A stretch of 64,000 nucleotides of DNA from Synergistales bacterium (GCA_036788195.1 DAIQNX010000007.1:12209-76208); one strand, 5' to 3'; counted from the first letter of the stretch, positions 47,406-56,769 are shown. Program-made: numbers and translations. Notes: generated by a model not told the origin, from the letters alone.

Positions 47406-48059
47406 TCAGCAGAGTGCGGCGCGCATGGCCGCTCCCGCCGCGATCAGCGGATCGATGACGACAAGCCCCGTCTGCTCCCGAAGCACGGCCGCGATTCCGA
47501 TCGTCGCGAACCCCGTACACGCGAGCGCGAGCACCCGGGCGCCGCGATCCCTCATCAGGCGCGCCGAAGCGATCGTCCGTTCCCGTCCTCCGTGAGTCAT
47601 GAGGTCGAGCGTCGACGACACCCCATCCGGACGTCCGGACGCAACCAGCGCGTCGCCGAGAATCGCGCGCATCTCTTCCGGGACGTCCTCCATGATGCCG
47701 AGAACGCCCACCGCCGCCCCGAACGAACGGGCAAGATGCGCCGTCGCGATTCCCGCGCCGACGACCGGAACCGTGAGATCCCGCTGAAGCGTCCGTACGG
47801 CGGGATCTCCCGCACAGCTCACGAGAATCCCCCCGACCCCATCTCGTTCCATTTCGCGGGCAAGCGCGATCACTTTCGGAATCGCGAGGCGCTCCGTCCC
47901 GGAATCGTGGATCCCCTCGGGTTGGTCCGGAATGCAGCGGGACTCCACCCGAAGCCCCGGAAAGGTCCGTTCGAGGATGTCGCCGTGACGCCGGAGCAGC
48001 GACTCGTCGTCCGTGGTCAGGACCCGGATGAGGCCGACTTTCGCTTCGGTCACCACCAT
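47406..48059 (-). CDS. Asp/Glu/hydantoin racemase-family protein
   Basis: 217 aa. The two-Cys layout VSCAGDPAV ... LALACTGF is typical of cofactor-independent Asp/Glu/hydantoin racemases. The start overlaps the OPT gene end by 10 nt. Confidence 0.7.
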   Translation of the reverse strand: MVVTEAKVGLIRVLTTDDESLLRRHGDILERTFPGLRVESRCIPDQPEGIHDSGTERLAIPKVIALAREMERDGVGGILVSCAGDPAVRTLQRDLTVPVVGAGIATAHLARSFGAAVGVLGIMEDVPEEMRAILGDALVASGRPDGVSSTLDLMTHGGRERTIASARLMRDRGARVLALACTGFATIGIAAVLREQTGLVVIDPLIAAGAAMRAALC

Positions 48060-49684
48060 CCGAAACTCCTCCCGAGCGCGTTCACGAAGCCGTAGATTCC
48101 GTCTCCGGCAATGAACCCCGCGCCGTACAGCTCGAGGAGCTCCCCGTGATTCTTCTCGAACGCGAGTCTGATGGCGACGGCGACAAGAAGCCCTATCCCG
48201 TAGATCGGGTTGTTAATCAGGAGTCCCGTCGCGAAGAGCACGCCGAGCGCCTTTTTCGCGCCTCCCGCGAACTGGAGCGCCGCTCCGGCAACCGACCAGA
48301 CCAGAAGCTGGCGCAGGATCTCCGGGTGCGATCCCGCCTTGATCGTCGCCGCAAACACCTTGCTGACGGGCGGGATGAGATTCTGCCGGAAGTGCATGTC
48401 CATGAGAAGTCCGACGACGACCATCGCGATGACGCCGCCGATCAGCTCGGAGATCACCTGCTGGCGTCTGCCGTCGAGCTCGTATGCCGGGTTCGTTCCC
48501 CTGCCGCGGATGATCCATCCGGTCTTCAGGTCGTATCCCATATCCGCGAAGCACGGCCCGGTGCTGGCGACATACCCCGTCAGCAGCGCGAGCGCCGCGG
48601 GGGGGAACCCCATGAAGAGTCCGAGACTCAGGAAGATGATGCTGATCGCGAACCCGGGAAACCATCCCGAGTGCATCGCGCAGAGCCCGACGAGAATCGG
48701 GCTGACCAGCGCGGAAATCGTGCTCCAGGTCACCCAGAGCGACAGCGTCGAAGCCGACATCTCCGACCAGATGCCCGAGATGAGCGACAGGGCCACGGCG
48801 CCCGCGAGGAAGAGGACGAAGCCCATTCCGATGGCCTTCTTCGTGGCGTCTTTGCTCACACTGTACGTATCCTGCATTGTTTCCGCGGCGCCGTTTCCGG
48901 ATTTGCGCGTGATGATGACGATGGCCTGGATCAGCGAGACGACTCCGGCCCCGATCATGACGCCATGGGGGATATAGGTCTTCCCGAGATCGACTGGGAG
49001 CCCCGAAATTCCCAGACTTCCAAGAAACGCCGCGATCTGCGGGAAGTACCCGCGGACGAGGAGTCCAAGGGCCAGCGCGACCATCGCGAACGTATTCGCG
49101 ATGAAGGCGATGCCGACTCCCGCCATCGGCAGTCCGGCGGCGAGAAACGGCTTGATCTTGAGAGCCGCTCCCGCCGCTCCGAGCAGGATGCCTCCGAAGA
49201 GCAGCCGCCCCTTTCGTCCGCCTTCATCCCCCGCTATGAGCGCCTGCGCCGTCGCGACGCCGGGAGGCCATGAACCGCTCGCCGGGAACAGCTCGGAATC
49301 GTAGACGCGATACACGAAGTACATCCCGATCAGCGTCGCGATCCCCGATCCGACGAGCATCGGAATGAGCTGCTTCATGTCGCCGAAGGCGAACAGGATT
49401 CCGACCGCGAGGAGTCCGCAGTTCGCCGCCCCGAAACCGGCGGCGGATGTCATCGTCTGCACGAGATTCTGCCTGTCGAGACTCCGGAACTTTTCCATCG
49501 ACGCGAGCGGAATCCGCGCTATCGCCATCGCGAGCAGCGCCCCGATCACGGATGTGTTCGGGGTGATGCCGATCCTCGCGATGATCTGCATGCAGATCAC
49601 GGCCGACAGAACCGAAACGAAGACGCTGACCAGCAGCGTCTCCCTCTCGAGCGCCTTCACGTGTGGTTCGTGTGGATCCTTCAT
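48050..49684 (-). CDS. OPT-family oligopeptide transporter
   Basis: 544-aa polytopic membrane protein. N-terminus ...TLLVSVFVSVLSAVICMQIIARIGITPNTSVIGALLAMAI and the overall 14-16 TM pattern fit bacterial OPT-superfamily proteins. First gene of the operon. Confidence 0.8.
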   Translation of the reverse strand: MKDPHEPHVKALERETLLVSVFVSVLSAVICMQIIARIGITPNTSVIGALLAMAIARIPLASMEKFRSLDRQNLVQTMTSAAGFGAANCGLLAVGILFAFGDMKQLIPMLVGSGIATLIGMYFVYRVYDSELFPASGSWPPGVATAQALIAGDEGGRKGRLLFGGILLGAAGAALKIKPFLAAGLPMAGVGIAFIANTFAMVALALGLLVRGYFPQIAAFLGSLGISGLPVDLGKTYIPHGVMIGAGVVSLIQAIVIITRKSGNGAAETMQDTYSVSKDATKKAIGMGFVLFLAGAVALSLISGIWSEMSASTLSLWVTWSTISALVSPILVGLCAMHSGWFPGFAISIIFLSLGLFMGFPPAALALLTGYVASTGPCFADMGYDLKTGWIIRGRGTNPAYELDGRRQQVISELIGGVIAMVVVGLLMDMHFRQNLIPPVSKVFAATIKAGSHPEILRQLLVWSVAGAALQFAGGAKKALGVLFATGLLINNPIYGIGLLVAVAIRLAFEKNHGELLELYGAGFIAGDGIYGFVNALGRSFGWW

Positions 49685-49909
49685 GTGACCGCCCCCCTCA
49701 ATTCGTCGTCAGAAAACGAACGGAACCGGAAAACACGCGCAACCGTAACGATCGTATCGCTCTCTCCTCTCTCCCGACCCGGGCACAGTGTACTATTTCC
49801 ACTCGTCGGACGATATCGGCCATGTCGTATTTTCTGACATGACGAGGTCCGGAACAATGGTCCGTGGACACGAAAGTCCCCGAACTTCTCTGTGCGGGAG
49901 GCACACTCC

Positions 49910-50854
49910 TCAGGTGCGGCCTGAGTGCAGGTGACAGGAGACCTCCCGTCCGCCCGCCAGAACGCGGGGAGGCGGAGTTTCGCAAACATCGGACGCATCC
50001 GGACACCGTGTCCGGAAGGCGCAGCCTCCCGGCGGGTCGAGCGGACTCGGAATCTCTCCCCGGACGGGGTCGGATGTCATTCTCCGTCCCGGATCGGGAA
50101 CGGCGCTCAGTAACGCCCTCGTGTACGGGTGAAGCGGAGAGTCGACGATATCCGAGACAGTTCCGCTTTCCACGATCCGCCCGAGGTACATGACCGCGAC
50201 GCGGTCGGAGAAGCAGCTGACGATCTTGAGGTCGTGCGTGATGAGCAGGTATGTCAGGGTCCGCGTTCCGCGGATTTCCATAAGGAGGTTGAGAATCTGC
50301 GCCTGCACCGAGACGTCGAGTGCGGACGTCGGCTCGTCCAGCAGGAGCAGTTGCGGTTCGAGGATCAGGGATCGCGCGATCGCGACGCGCTGCTTCTGTC
50401 CGCCAGACAGTTCGTGCGGATACTTCGGAAGCAGATCCCTTCCGAGGCCGACGAGATCGAGCATCGCGGAAACCCGACCGGAGCGTTCGCGCGCGTTCCC
50501 CATTCCGCGGATCAGGAGTCCCTCCTCTATCTGGAACCTGATAGTCTTCCTCGGATCGAGCGATGATTCGGGGTCCTGAAAGACCATCTGGACGCACGCG
50601 CGCCTCCTGTCCGACTCCTTCAGCGGTTCGCCGGAGAGCAGAATCTCGCCCGACGTCGGCCGATGAACGCCGGCGACGAGATTGGCGACGGTCGACTTCC
50701 CCGATCCGCTCTCGCCGACGATACTGAACACGCTTCCGCGCGGAACCGAAAACGACACGGAACGTACGGCGTGAAGTTCGAGCGTCGGACGTCCGAACAG
50801 GTTTTTCCGGACCGGAAACGTCTTTCCCACGTTGCGCACTTCGAGGATGTCCAT
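49910..50854 (-). CDS. Oligopeptide/dipeptide ABC transporter ATP-binding protein (OppF/DppF type)
   Basis: Real part (314 aa, MDILEVRNVGKTF...) of track ORF 49910..51037. Walker A GESGSGKST, signature LSGGQKQRVAIARS, Walker B LLLLDEPTSALD and the C-terminal oligopeptide-type extension (HPYTRALL, GGCAFRTRCP) are present. Confidence 0.9.
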   Translation of the reverse strand: MDILEVRNVGKTFPVRKNLFGRPTLELHAVRSVSFSVPRGSVFSIVGESGSGKSTVANLVAGVHRPTSGEILLSGEPLKESDRRRACVQMVFQDPESSLDPRKTIRFQIEEGLLIRGMGNARERSGRVSAMLDLVGLGRDLLPKYPHELSGGQKQRVAIARSLILEPQLLLLDEPTSALDVSVQAQILNLLMEIRGTRTLTYLLITHDLKIVSCFSDRVAVMYLGRIVESGTVSDIVDSPLHPYTRALLSAVPDPGRRMTSDPVRGEIPSPLDPPGGCAFRTRCPDASDVCETPPPRVLAGGREVSCHLHSGRT

Positions 50855-50859
50855 GGGTT

Positions 50860-51834
50860 TCACGCCCCTTCTCCACGGTATTTCCAGCACCAGACGACGC
50901 GGCCGCCGAAATCGCGGGGGGGCGGCGGCTGAGTCCGGCACACGTCCATGACCGCGTCGCACCTGGGATGGAACCGACACCCCGGCGGAGGGGAGAGCGG
51001 ACTCGGGACGGTGCCCCGGATCGCCGCGAGCGGACATCCCCTCCGTTCCGCCCCGAGCGTCGGAATCGACCGGAGCAGACCGACGGTGTACGGATGGAGG
51101 GGATTCGCGAAGATGTCCGCGACCGGCGCGATCTCCATGACCCTCCCCGCGTACATCACCATGATCCGCTGCGCTATCTGCGACACGACCCCGAGGTCGT
51201 GCGTGATGAAGATGAGCGCCGTGTTCGACACCCGCTGCAACTCCCGGAAGAGATGAAGGATCTGCGCCTGGCTGATCACGTCGAGCGCCGTCGTCGGTTC
51301 GTCGGCGACCAGCAGCGCCGGTTCGCAGAGCATCGCCATTGCGATCATGACGCGCTGCCGCATTCCGCCGCTGAATTCGAACGGATACCGCTCCAGCATC
51401 CGCTCGGGGTCGGGAATCGCGAGGCGCTCCATCATTCCGACGACCCGGTCCCTGGCGGACGGGCCCGGCATTCCCAGATGCTCCTCCAGTACCTCGCCGA
51501 GCTGCCTGCCGATACGGATGGACGGGTTCAACGAGTTGAGGGGGTTCTGGAAGACCATCGACACGTCGCGGCCGCGGAACGCGGCCAGCGACGCGCAGGG
51601 CTGTCCCCTGAACGTCAGGTTTCCTTCCCTCCGGACCGATGGAGCCGAAACGAGATCCATGATCGAGAGGACCGTGACGCTCTTACCCGAACCGCTCTCC
51701 CCGACGATGCCGAGGGACTCCCCCCTTTCGACCGAGAAGGAGACGTCTTCGCACGCCGTCAGGATCCCTTCCGGAAGGCGGAAGCGGACCGAAAGCGAGC
51801 TGACGGAGAGCAGCGGAACGGAACGGTCCGTCAA
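50860..51834 (-). CDS. Oligopeptide/dipeptide ABC transporter ATP-binding protein (OppD/DppD type)
   Basis: TTG at 51834 forms a TTGA overlap with the M20 stop, with AGGAG 9 nt upstream. GESGSGKS, FSGGMRQRVMIAMA, LLVADEPTTALD, HPYTVGLL and GCRFHPRC are present. Confidence 0.88.
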   Translation of the reverse strand: MTDRSVPLLSVSSLSVRFRLPEGILTACEDVSFSVERGESLGIVGESGSGKSVTVLSIMDLVSAPSVRREGNLTFRGQPCASLAAFRGRDVSMVFQNPLNSLNPSIRIGRQLGEVLEEHLGMPGPSARDRVVGMMERLAIPDPERMLERYPFEFSGGMRQRVMIAMAMLCEPALLVADEPTTALDVISQAQILHLFRELQRVSNTALIFITHDLGVVSQIAQRIMVMYAGRVMEIAPVADIFANPLHPYTVGLLRSIPTLGAERRGCPLAAIRGTVPSPLSPPPGCRFHPRCDAVMDVCRTQPPPPRDFGGRVVWCWKYRGEGA

Positions 51835-53003
51835 AAATCCCGTCTCCTCTCGCGGAAGTACCGCGTCGCTTCGCGCATCAGATCTTCGTCGGCGAAGAGA
51901 TCGCACGCCGTCAGCGCGAGAGCCTTGACGGCCCGGAGCATCGCGCCGTAGCCGTATTCGGAATCGGAACACGCGGCGAACTCGGGCGTATGCGTCGGGA
52001 TCTTCTCTCCGGCCGTGATGTCGATATACCCCTGCGTTCCGGCGACGACCTGCGTCACCGCCCCGACGTCCGTGGATCCGACTCCGTCCCCGTAGATCCG
52101 CGGAGACACCTTCTCGCCGACGAGTTCGTAGTTCCTGTCGATCGTCCGCGCGATCGGGACGTTAACGTACACCTCGGGCTGCGCGTCCCGGAGCGTCAGC
52201 GAAACGCGGCAGCCCGTCATTTTCGCGGCGCCCTCCGCGATGTCGCGCAGTCGGACCTCCATCGCGTCGACTTCCTCCATGGTCAGCGCCCGGAGGCCGA
52301 TCTCCGCCTTCGTATAGTCGGGGATCGTGTTGAACGACTGTCCTCCGTCGAGGATGATGCCGTGGACGCGCGTCCGCTCCTTCATCTGCTGGCGCATGAG
52401 ACCGATGCCATTGAAGAGAGAGATCATGGCGTCGAGCGCGTTGACGCCCTTGTAGGGGCCGGCGGCCGCGTGCGCCGAGTGGCCGAAGAATTCGACGTAG
52501 AAGACCTTGATTGCGTACGAGATGTCGAACCCCGTGCTGAGCGTCGTCGGATGGATGATCATCGCCGCGTCCACGTCGCGGAAAACGCCTTTTTCGACGA
52601 GATGGATCTTGCCGCCGCCGTGCTCTTCGGCGGGGCAGCCCACGAACAGGATCGTCCCCCGGCCCGGCGAGGGGATTCCACAGCTCCTGAGCGCGACGGC
52701 GGCTCCGGCTCCGATCGTTCCGATCATATTGTGGCCGCACGCGTGACCGACGCCCGGCAGGGCGTCGTACTCGCCGAGAAGCGCGATCCTCGGCGTTCCG
52801 GAACCGGACCGGGCGACGAACGCGGTCTCGAGTCCGCCCGCGTTCCACTCGACGTCGAATCCGTTTTTCCCGAGGAACTCGGCCAGCTCGCGCGACGAAC
52901 GACGTTCCTGCCACGAAAGCTCATTGTATTCAAAAATCCGCTTCGCGATTCCGACAAGCTCATCCGAAAGAGCGTCGACACGGGATATGATTCGCTGCTT
53001 CAC
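51831..53003 (-). CDS. M20-family amidohydrolase (AbgB / aminoacylase / carbamoylase-like) embedded in the ABC operon
   Basis: Real part (390 aa, VKQRIISRVDALSDELV...) of track ORF 51831..53564, with a GTG start at 53003 after AAGGAG. LLGEYDALPGVGHACGHN and PAEEHGGGK are metal-ligand motifs of the M20D-type amidohydrolases. Confidence 0.85.
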   Translation of the reverse strand: MKQRIISRVDALSDELVGIAKRIFEYNELSWQERRSSRELAEFLGKNGFDVEWNAGGLETAFVARSGSGTPRIALLGEYDALPGVGHACGHNMIGTIGAGAAVALRSCGIPSPGRGTILFVGCPAEEHGGGKIHLVEKGVFRDVDAAMIIHPTTLSTGFDISYAIKVFYVEFFGHSAHAAAGPYKGVNALDAMISLFNGIGLMRQQMKERTRVHGIILDGGQSFNTIPDYTKAEIGLRALTMEEVDAMEVRLRDIAEGAAKMTGCRVSLTLRDAQPEVYVNVPIARTIDRNYELVGEKVSPRIYGDGVGSTDVGAVTQVVAGTQGYIDITAGEKIPTHTPEFAACSDSEYGYGAMLRAVKALALTACDLFADEDLMREATRYFRERRRDF

Positions 53004-53035
53004 CGCATACACATCTCCTTTTCTTTCCGCGCCCC

Positions 53036-53872
53036 TCACGAACGCATGCGCGGGTCGAGGACGTCCCTGAGGCCGTCGCCCAGAAGGTTGAATCCGAGAC
53101 ACGTCACGAGAATCGCGACGCCCGGGAATATCGCGAGGAGTGGCGCCTTGTCGATGAAGGGCATCGCTTCGCTCAGCATACTCCCCCACGAAGGCGTCGG
53201 CGGCTGGATGCCGAGTCCGAGGAAGCTCAGCGTCGCTTCGCTGATCACGGCGCCCGCGAAGCTCAGCGAGGCGTAGATGATCACGGTCGGCATGATGTTG
53301 ACGATCAGGTGTCGCGAGATGACCCACCATCCCGACGCGCCGAGAACACGCGAGGCGGTGACGAAGTCCTCGTTTCTGAGGCCGAGAACGGAACTCCGGA
53401 CGACACGCGCGAAGCTCGGCACCATGACGAGTCCGATCGCTATCATCGCGTTGAAGAGACCGGCGCCGAGCGTCGCCATCATCGCGATCGCGAGGAGAAT
53501 GTAGGGAAACGAAAGAAGCGCGTCCATGAGACGCATGAACAGGGCGTCGGGGAAACCGCCGCAATATCCCACGACGACGCCGATGGTCGTCCCCACGAAC
53601 GCTCCGATGCCGACCGCGATGACGCCGACGAGAAGAGAGACGCGGGCCCCCCAGACGAGCCGCGTGAAAACGTCGCGCCCGAAATCGTCCGTTCCGAGGG
53701 GATGTCCGCCGACGCCCGGCGACGCGAGCGTATTCGCGAAGTCCATATCCTCGAACCCGAACGGCGAGATCGCGGGAGCGCCGAACGCGAGCGCGACGTT
53801 CAGCAGAACGATGCAGAGTCCCATGACTCCCTGCTTGCTCCTGAAAAAACGTTTCAGAAACGTCCCGGACAT
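53036..53872 (-). CDS. Peptide ABC transporter permease (DppC/OppC type)
   Basis: 278 aa. HPLGTDDFGRDVFTRL and the binding-protein-dependent permease core are present. The start lies 1 nt after the upstream stop. Confidence 0.9.
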   Translation of the reverse strand: MSGTFLKRFFRSKQGVMGLCIVLLNVALAFGAPAISPFGFEDMDFANTLASPGVGGHPLGTDDFGRDVFTRLVWGARVSLLVGVIAVGIGAFVGTTIGVVVGYCGGFPDALFMRLMDALLSFPYILLAIAMMATLGAGLFNAMIAIGLVMVPSFARVVRSSVLGLRNEDFVTASRVLGASGWWVISRHLIVNIMPTVIIYASLSFAGAVISEATLSFLGLGIQPPTPSWGSMLSEAMPFIDKAPLLAIFPGVAILVTCLGFNLLGDGLRDVLDPRMRS

Positions 53873-53873
53873 C

Positions 53874-54830
53874 TCACGCGCCTCCGTACGATTTTCGGAT
53901 TTTCGGGTTCAGGAAGGCGTAGATCACATCGACGGCGAGGTTCACGAAGATATACAGGACCGCGATGAACAGGACCTCTCCCTGGACGAGAAGGTAGTCG
54001 CGGCGCATGATCGCGTCGACCATCAGCTTCCCGAGCCCCGGAAGGGCGAAGACCGACTCCGTGAGCACCGCTCCGGCGAGAAGGTGCCCGAGCTGGAGTC
54101 CGACGACCGTCACGACCGGGACGAGCGCGTTCCGAAGCGCATGTCGCCCGAGAACGAGCCGATCTCTGAGTCCCTTCGAACGGGCCGTCCGGATGTAATC
54201 CTGACGCATGACCTCGAGCATGCTCGAACGCGTGAAGCGGGTGATGATCCCCATGGACTGGAATGCGAGCGCGAAGGAAGGAAGGATGAGATGGCTCGCG
54301 ACGTCCCATGCCCCCTTCTCCCAGCTTCCGAGACCGACCGAGGGAAGCCAGCCGAGAGTGAGGACGAAAAACACGATGAGCATCATTCCCACCCAGAAGA
54401 TCGGCACCGATACCCCGGTGAGCGCGAATGTCGTTATGAGAAGATCGCTGAAACGATTGTGGCGGAGAGAAGCCCATATTCCGAGGGGCACGCCTGACAG
54501 CACCGCGAGAGAAAGCGCGCAGACGCTGAGCGTCATCGTCACGGGAAGCCGTTCGAAAATCAAGGAAAGGACATCCTGCCTGTAAATCAGCGAACGGCCG
54601 AGATCGCCCCTGAAGACACCCGAGACATAGGACGCGAACTGCGCGGGCAGAGACCGGTCGAGACCGAGTTCGACACGGAAGCGCGCGACATCTTCGGGAC
54701 TCGCCTCGGGACCGAGAAGCACGAGAGCGGGATCACCCGGTATCATCTTCATGAGAAGAAAGATGACGAGCAGAACGAAAAACAGAGTCGGAACAATCTG
54801 GATGCAACGTCTGAGAATGAATCGTCCCAC
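53874..54830 (-). CDS. Peptide ABC transporter permease (DppB/OppB type)
   Basis: GTG at 54830 lies 7 nt after AAGGAGG and gives VGRFILRRCIQIVPTLFFV..., the canonical DppB N-terminus. The track ORF begins 13 codons upstream at 54869. Confidence 0.9.
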   Translation of the reverse strand: MGRFILRRCIQIVPTLFFVLLVIFLLMKMIPGDPALVLLGPEASPEDVARFRVELGLDRSLPAQFASYVSGVFRGDLGRSLIYRQDVLSLIFERLPVTMTLSVCALSLAVLSGVPLGIWASLRHNRFSDLLITTFALTGVSVPIFWVGMMLIVFFVLTLGWLPSVGLGSWEKGAWDVASHLILPSFALAFQSMGIITRFTRSSMLEVMRQDYIRTARSKGLRDRLVLGRHALRNALVPVVTVVGLQLGHLLAGAVLTESVFALPGLGKLMVDAIMRRDYLLVQGEVLFIAVLYIFVNLAVDVIYAFLNPKIRKSYGGA

Positions 54831-54918
54831 TCCGGCGCCTCCTTGCTCTGAATCCGGAATTCCTTCCATCCTGCGCGGGAAACGCCGTCTCAGCCGCGAA
54901 AAACGGAACGGAATCGGT

Positions 54919-54982
54919 GATATCCGCTCCGGGACCCCGGGAAGGGGGAGAGGCAGGTTCCCAGGTTTCCGGAGCGGATATC
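54919..54982 (-). repeat. Intercistronic 14-bp perfect inverted repeat between the binding-protein and permease genes
   Basis: GATATCCGCTCCGG (54919-54932) and CCGGAGCGGATATC (54969-54982) with a 36-nt loop. A third partial copy, GGAGCGGATCTC, lies at 54995-55006. Confidence 0.6.
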
Positions 54983-55028
54983 GCGGCGGGACGCGGAGCG
55001 GATCTCCCCCCCGCCGGTGGTACGACGA

Positions 55029-56588
55029 TCAGTCGGAAAGCCAGGCGCTGTATCCGGGGCCGAACAGGCGAATCACGCCGTTCGTCGCCGGGTGATAGTC
55101 CCTGAGACGCTTGTCCACGCCGTTGAGCGGCACGAGATGGTAGAGCGGATAGTAGCAGCGGTCCTTCATGATCAGCTCTTCGGCCTGTCGGTAGCAGCGG
55201 ATTCGGTCTTCCTGCTTTCCTGTGGCCGCCGCCTTGTTGATGAGCGCGTCGACCTCCGGATTGCTGTACGCTCCGCCGTTTCCGTAACTCCCCTTCTTTT
55301 CCGAATGGAACATGTAGTAGATAAAGAACAGGGGGTCGGGATACCAGGTCCAGCCGATCGCGTAGATATCGGCGTCCGCCTTCGCGGTGACGCCCATGAA
55401 GCTTCCCCACTCGAGCGAAATGACCTCGACGTCGACGCCGACCTTCCGGAGCATCGCCTGCGCGATCACGGCGGCCTTCTTCCGGCGCTCGTCTTCGGAC
55501 GTGTATATTTTCAGCTTCAATTCGCCGGGTTTCTTTCCAAGTTCCTTCAGAAGCTCGACAGCGCGCGCGGGGTCGTGCTTCGTATAGAAGCTGCGGACAT
55601 CGGGATTATAGGCCCACGTTCCCGGAGGAATGGGTCCGTACGCCGCACGGCCGCTTTCGCCCGGGAAAAGGACTTTGGCGATCTGCTCGACGTCGACCGC
55701 ACGGAAGAAGAGTTCGCGAACCTTCGGATCCGTCGTCGGCCCCTTGACCGAGTTCATATAGAAGGCGTAGACGTTGCACGGAGCCGCGGAAACGATATCG
55801 TACCCCGCCGCGGCCCTGATCTTCGAGACGTCCTGGTCGAGGACCTCCCGCGTCACGTGGACCTGTCCGCTCAGGAGCGCCGTCGTCATCGCGGTCTTGT
55901 TCGTGATGTACCGGAACGTGATCTTCTTCGGGAAGGGCTTGTGTTCCGCGTCCCAGTAATTCTCGTCGAGGGCGAGCGTCATGTGCGAGTCCTTCACCCA
56001 CTCGACCATGCGGTACGGACCGCTTCCCACGGGGTGCAACGTGAAATCGGCGCCCCACTTCTCCACGTCCTCCTTCGGCACGACCGCCGCACCGACGTCG
56101 GTCAGAACCGCAAGGAGCGCCGCGAAGGGCTGGTTGAGCACGAGCTTCGCCGTACAGGCGTCGACGACCTCGACGTGATCGAGCATGAACAGGCGCTTCA
56201 TCGGCGCGATCCTCGCCGCCCGTTCGAAGCTGTACTTGACGTCCTCGGCCGTGATTTCGCGTCCGGGCTGGTTGTCGGTCTTCTGGAAGCGCACGCCCCC
56301 GCGAAGCCGGAAGGTCCACGTCCGGAGGTCTTCGGAGAACGACCACGATTCGGCGATGCACGGGACGACCTCCGTCATCGGTCCGTTGTACCGAACGAGC
56401 GTCTCGTATACGTGGTACATGACCTGCGACGACGCCGCGTCCTGATACAGGGCCGGATCCATCGTGGTGGTGTTCTGATCCGTTCCGACGACGATCTCCC
56501 CCGAGCGATCCCCGGCCGCGAGGGCGATCGGGGTCGCAAACGCAGTCAGCGAGACGAGACACAACACAACGAAGCACCTTCTCATCAT
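55029..56588 (-). CDS. Peptide/opine-type ABC transporter substrate-binding protein (family 5)
   Basis: ATG at 56588 (MMRRCFVVLCLVSL...) lies 8 nt after GGAGG; the track GTG at 56597 lies inside that RBS. A signal peptide and SBP_bac_5-like collinearity (YNGPMTEVVPCIAESW, VRFQKTDNQPGREITAEDVKYSFER) are present. Confidence 0.9.
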   Translation of the reverse strand: MMRRCFVVLCLVSLTAFATPIALAAGDRSGEIVVGTDQNTTTMDPALYQDAASSQVMYHVYETLVRYNGPMTEVVPCIAESWSFSEDLRTWTFRLRGGVRFQKTDNQPGREITAEDVKYSFERAARIAPMKRLFMLDHVEVVDACTAKLVLNQPFAALLAVLTDVGAAVVPKEDVEKWGADFTLHPVGSGPYRMVEWVKDSHMTLALDENYWDAEHKPFPKKITFRYITNKTAMTTALLSGQVHVTREVLDQDVSKIRAAAGYDIVSAAPCNVYAFYMNSVKGPTTDPKVRELFFRAVDVEQIAKVLFPGESGRAAYGPIPPGTWAYNPDVRSFYTKHDPARAVELLKELGKKPGELKLKIYTSEDERRKKAAVIAQAMLRKVGVDVEVISLEWGSFMGVTAKADADIYAIGWTWYPDPLFFIYYMFHSEKKGSYGNGGAYSNPEVDALINKAAATGKQEDRIRCYRQAEELIMKDRCYYPLYHLVPLNGVDKRLRDYHPATNGVIRLFGPGYSAWLSD

Positions 56589-56684
56589 ACGTGTCACCTC
56601 CAGTGGATTTGTCGCAATTCCCGGCTTTCTTCCGACGCACCGGTCGCGCAGCGCCGATTCGCCTCAACAATACATATTTTATTT

Positions 56685-56714
56685 ATTATGAAACAAATGT
56701 TGCGAAATGCGCAA
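56685..56714 (-). promoter_or_regulatory. Candidate promoter/operator of the peptide-ABC operon
   Basis: On the minus strand: TTGCGC, about 18 nt, CATAAT (56690-56685). The -35 region is part of the palindrome TTGCG-N5-CGCAA (56700-56714). It lies in the AT-rich stretch between the PucR-like gene and the operon. Confidence 0.35.
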
Positions 56715-56769
56715 TGTGTCGCGGAGACGAAAGAACTTCCACGCATTTATGCACTCCGCACGAGAACAT

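Noticed and set aside
44588-47458. 956-aa plus-strand ORF, plus 46347..48095 (582 aa)
   Set aside because: Both are antisense to the AroM/orphan/DUF1177/DUF917/racemase genes. Their composition (Arg/Pro/Ser/Ala runs) and lack of motifs indicate shadow ORFs.
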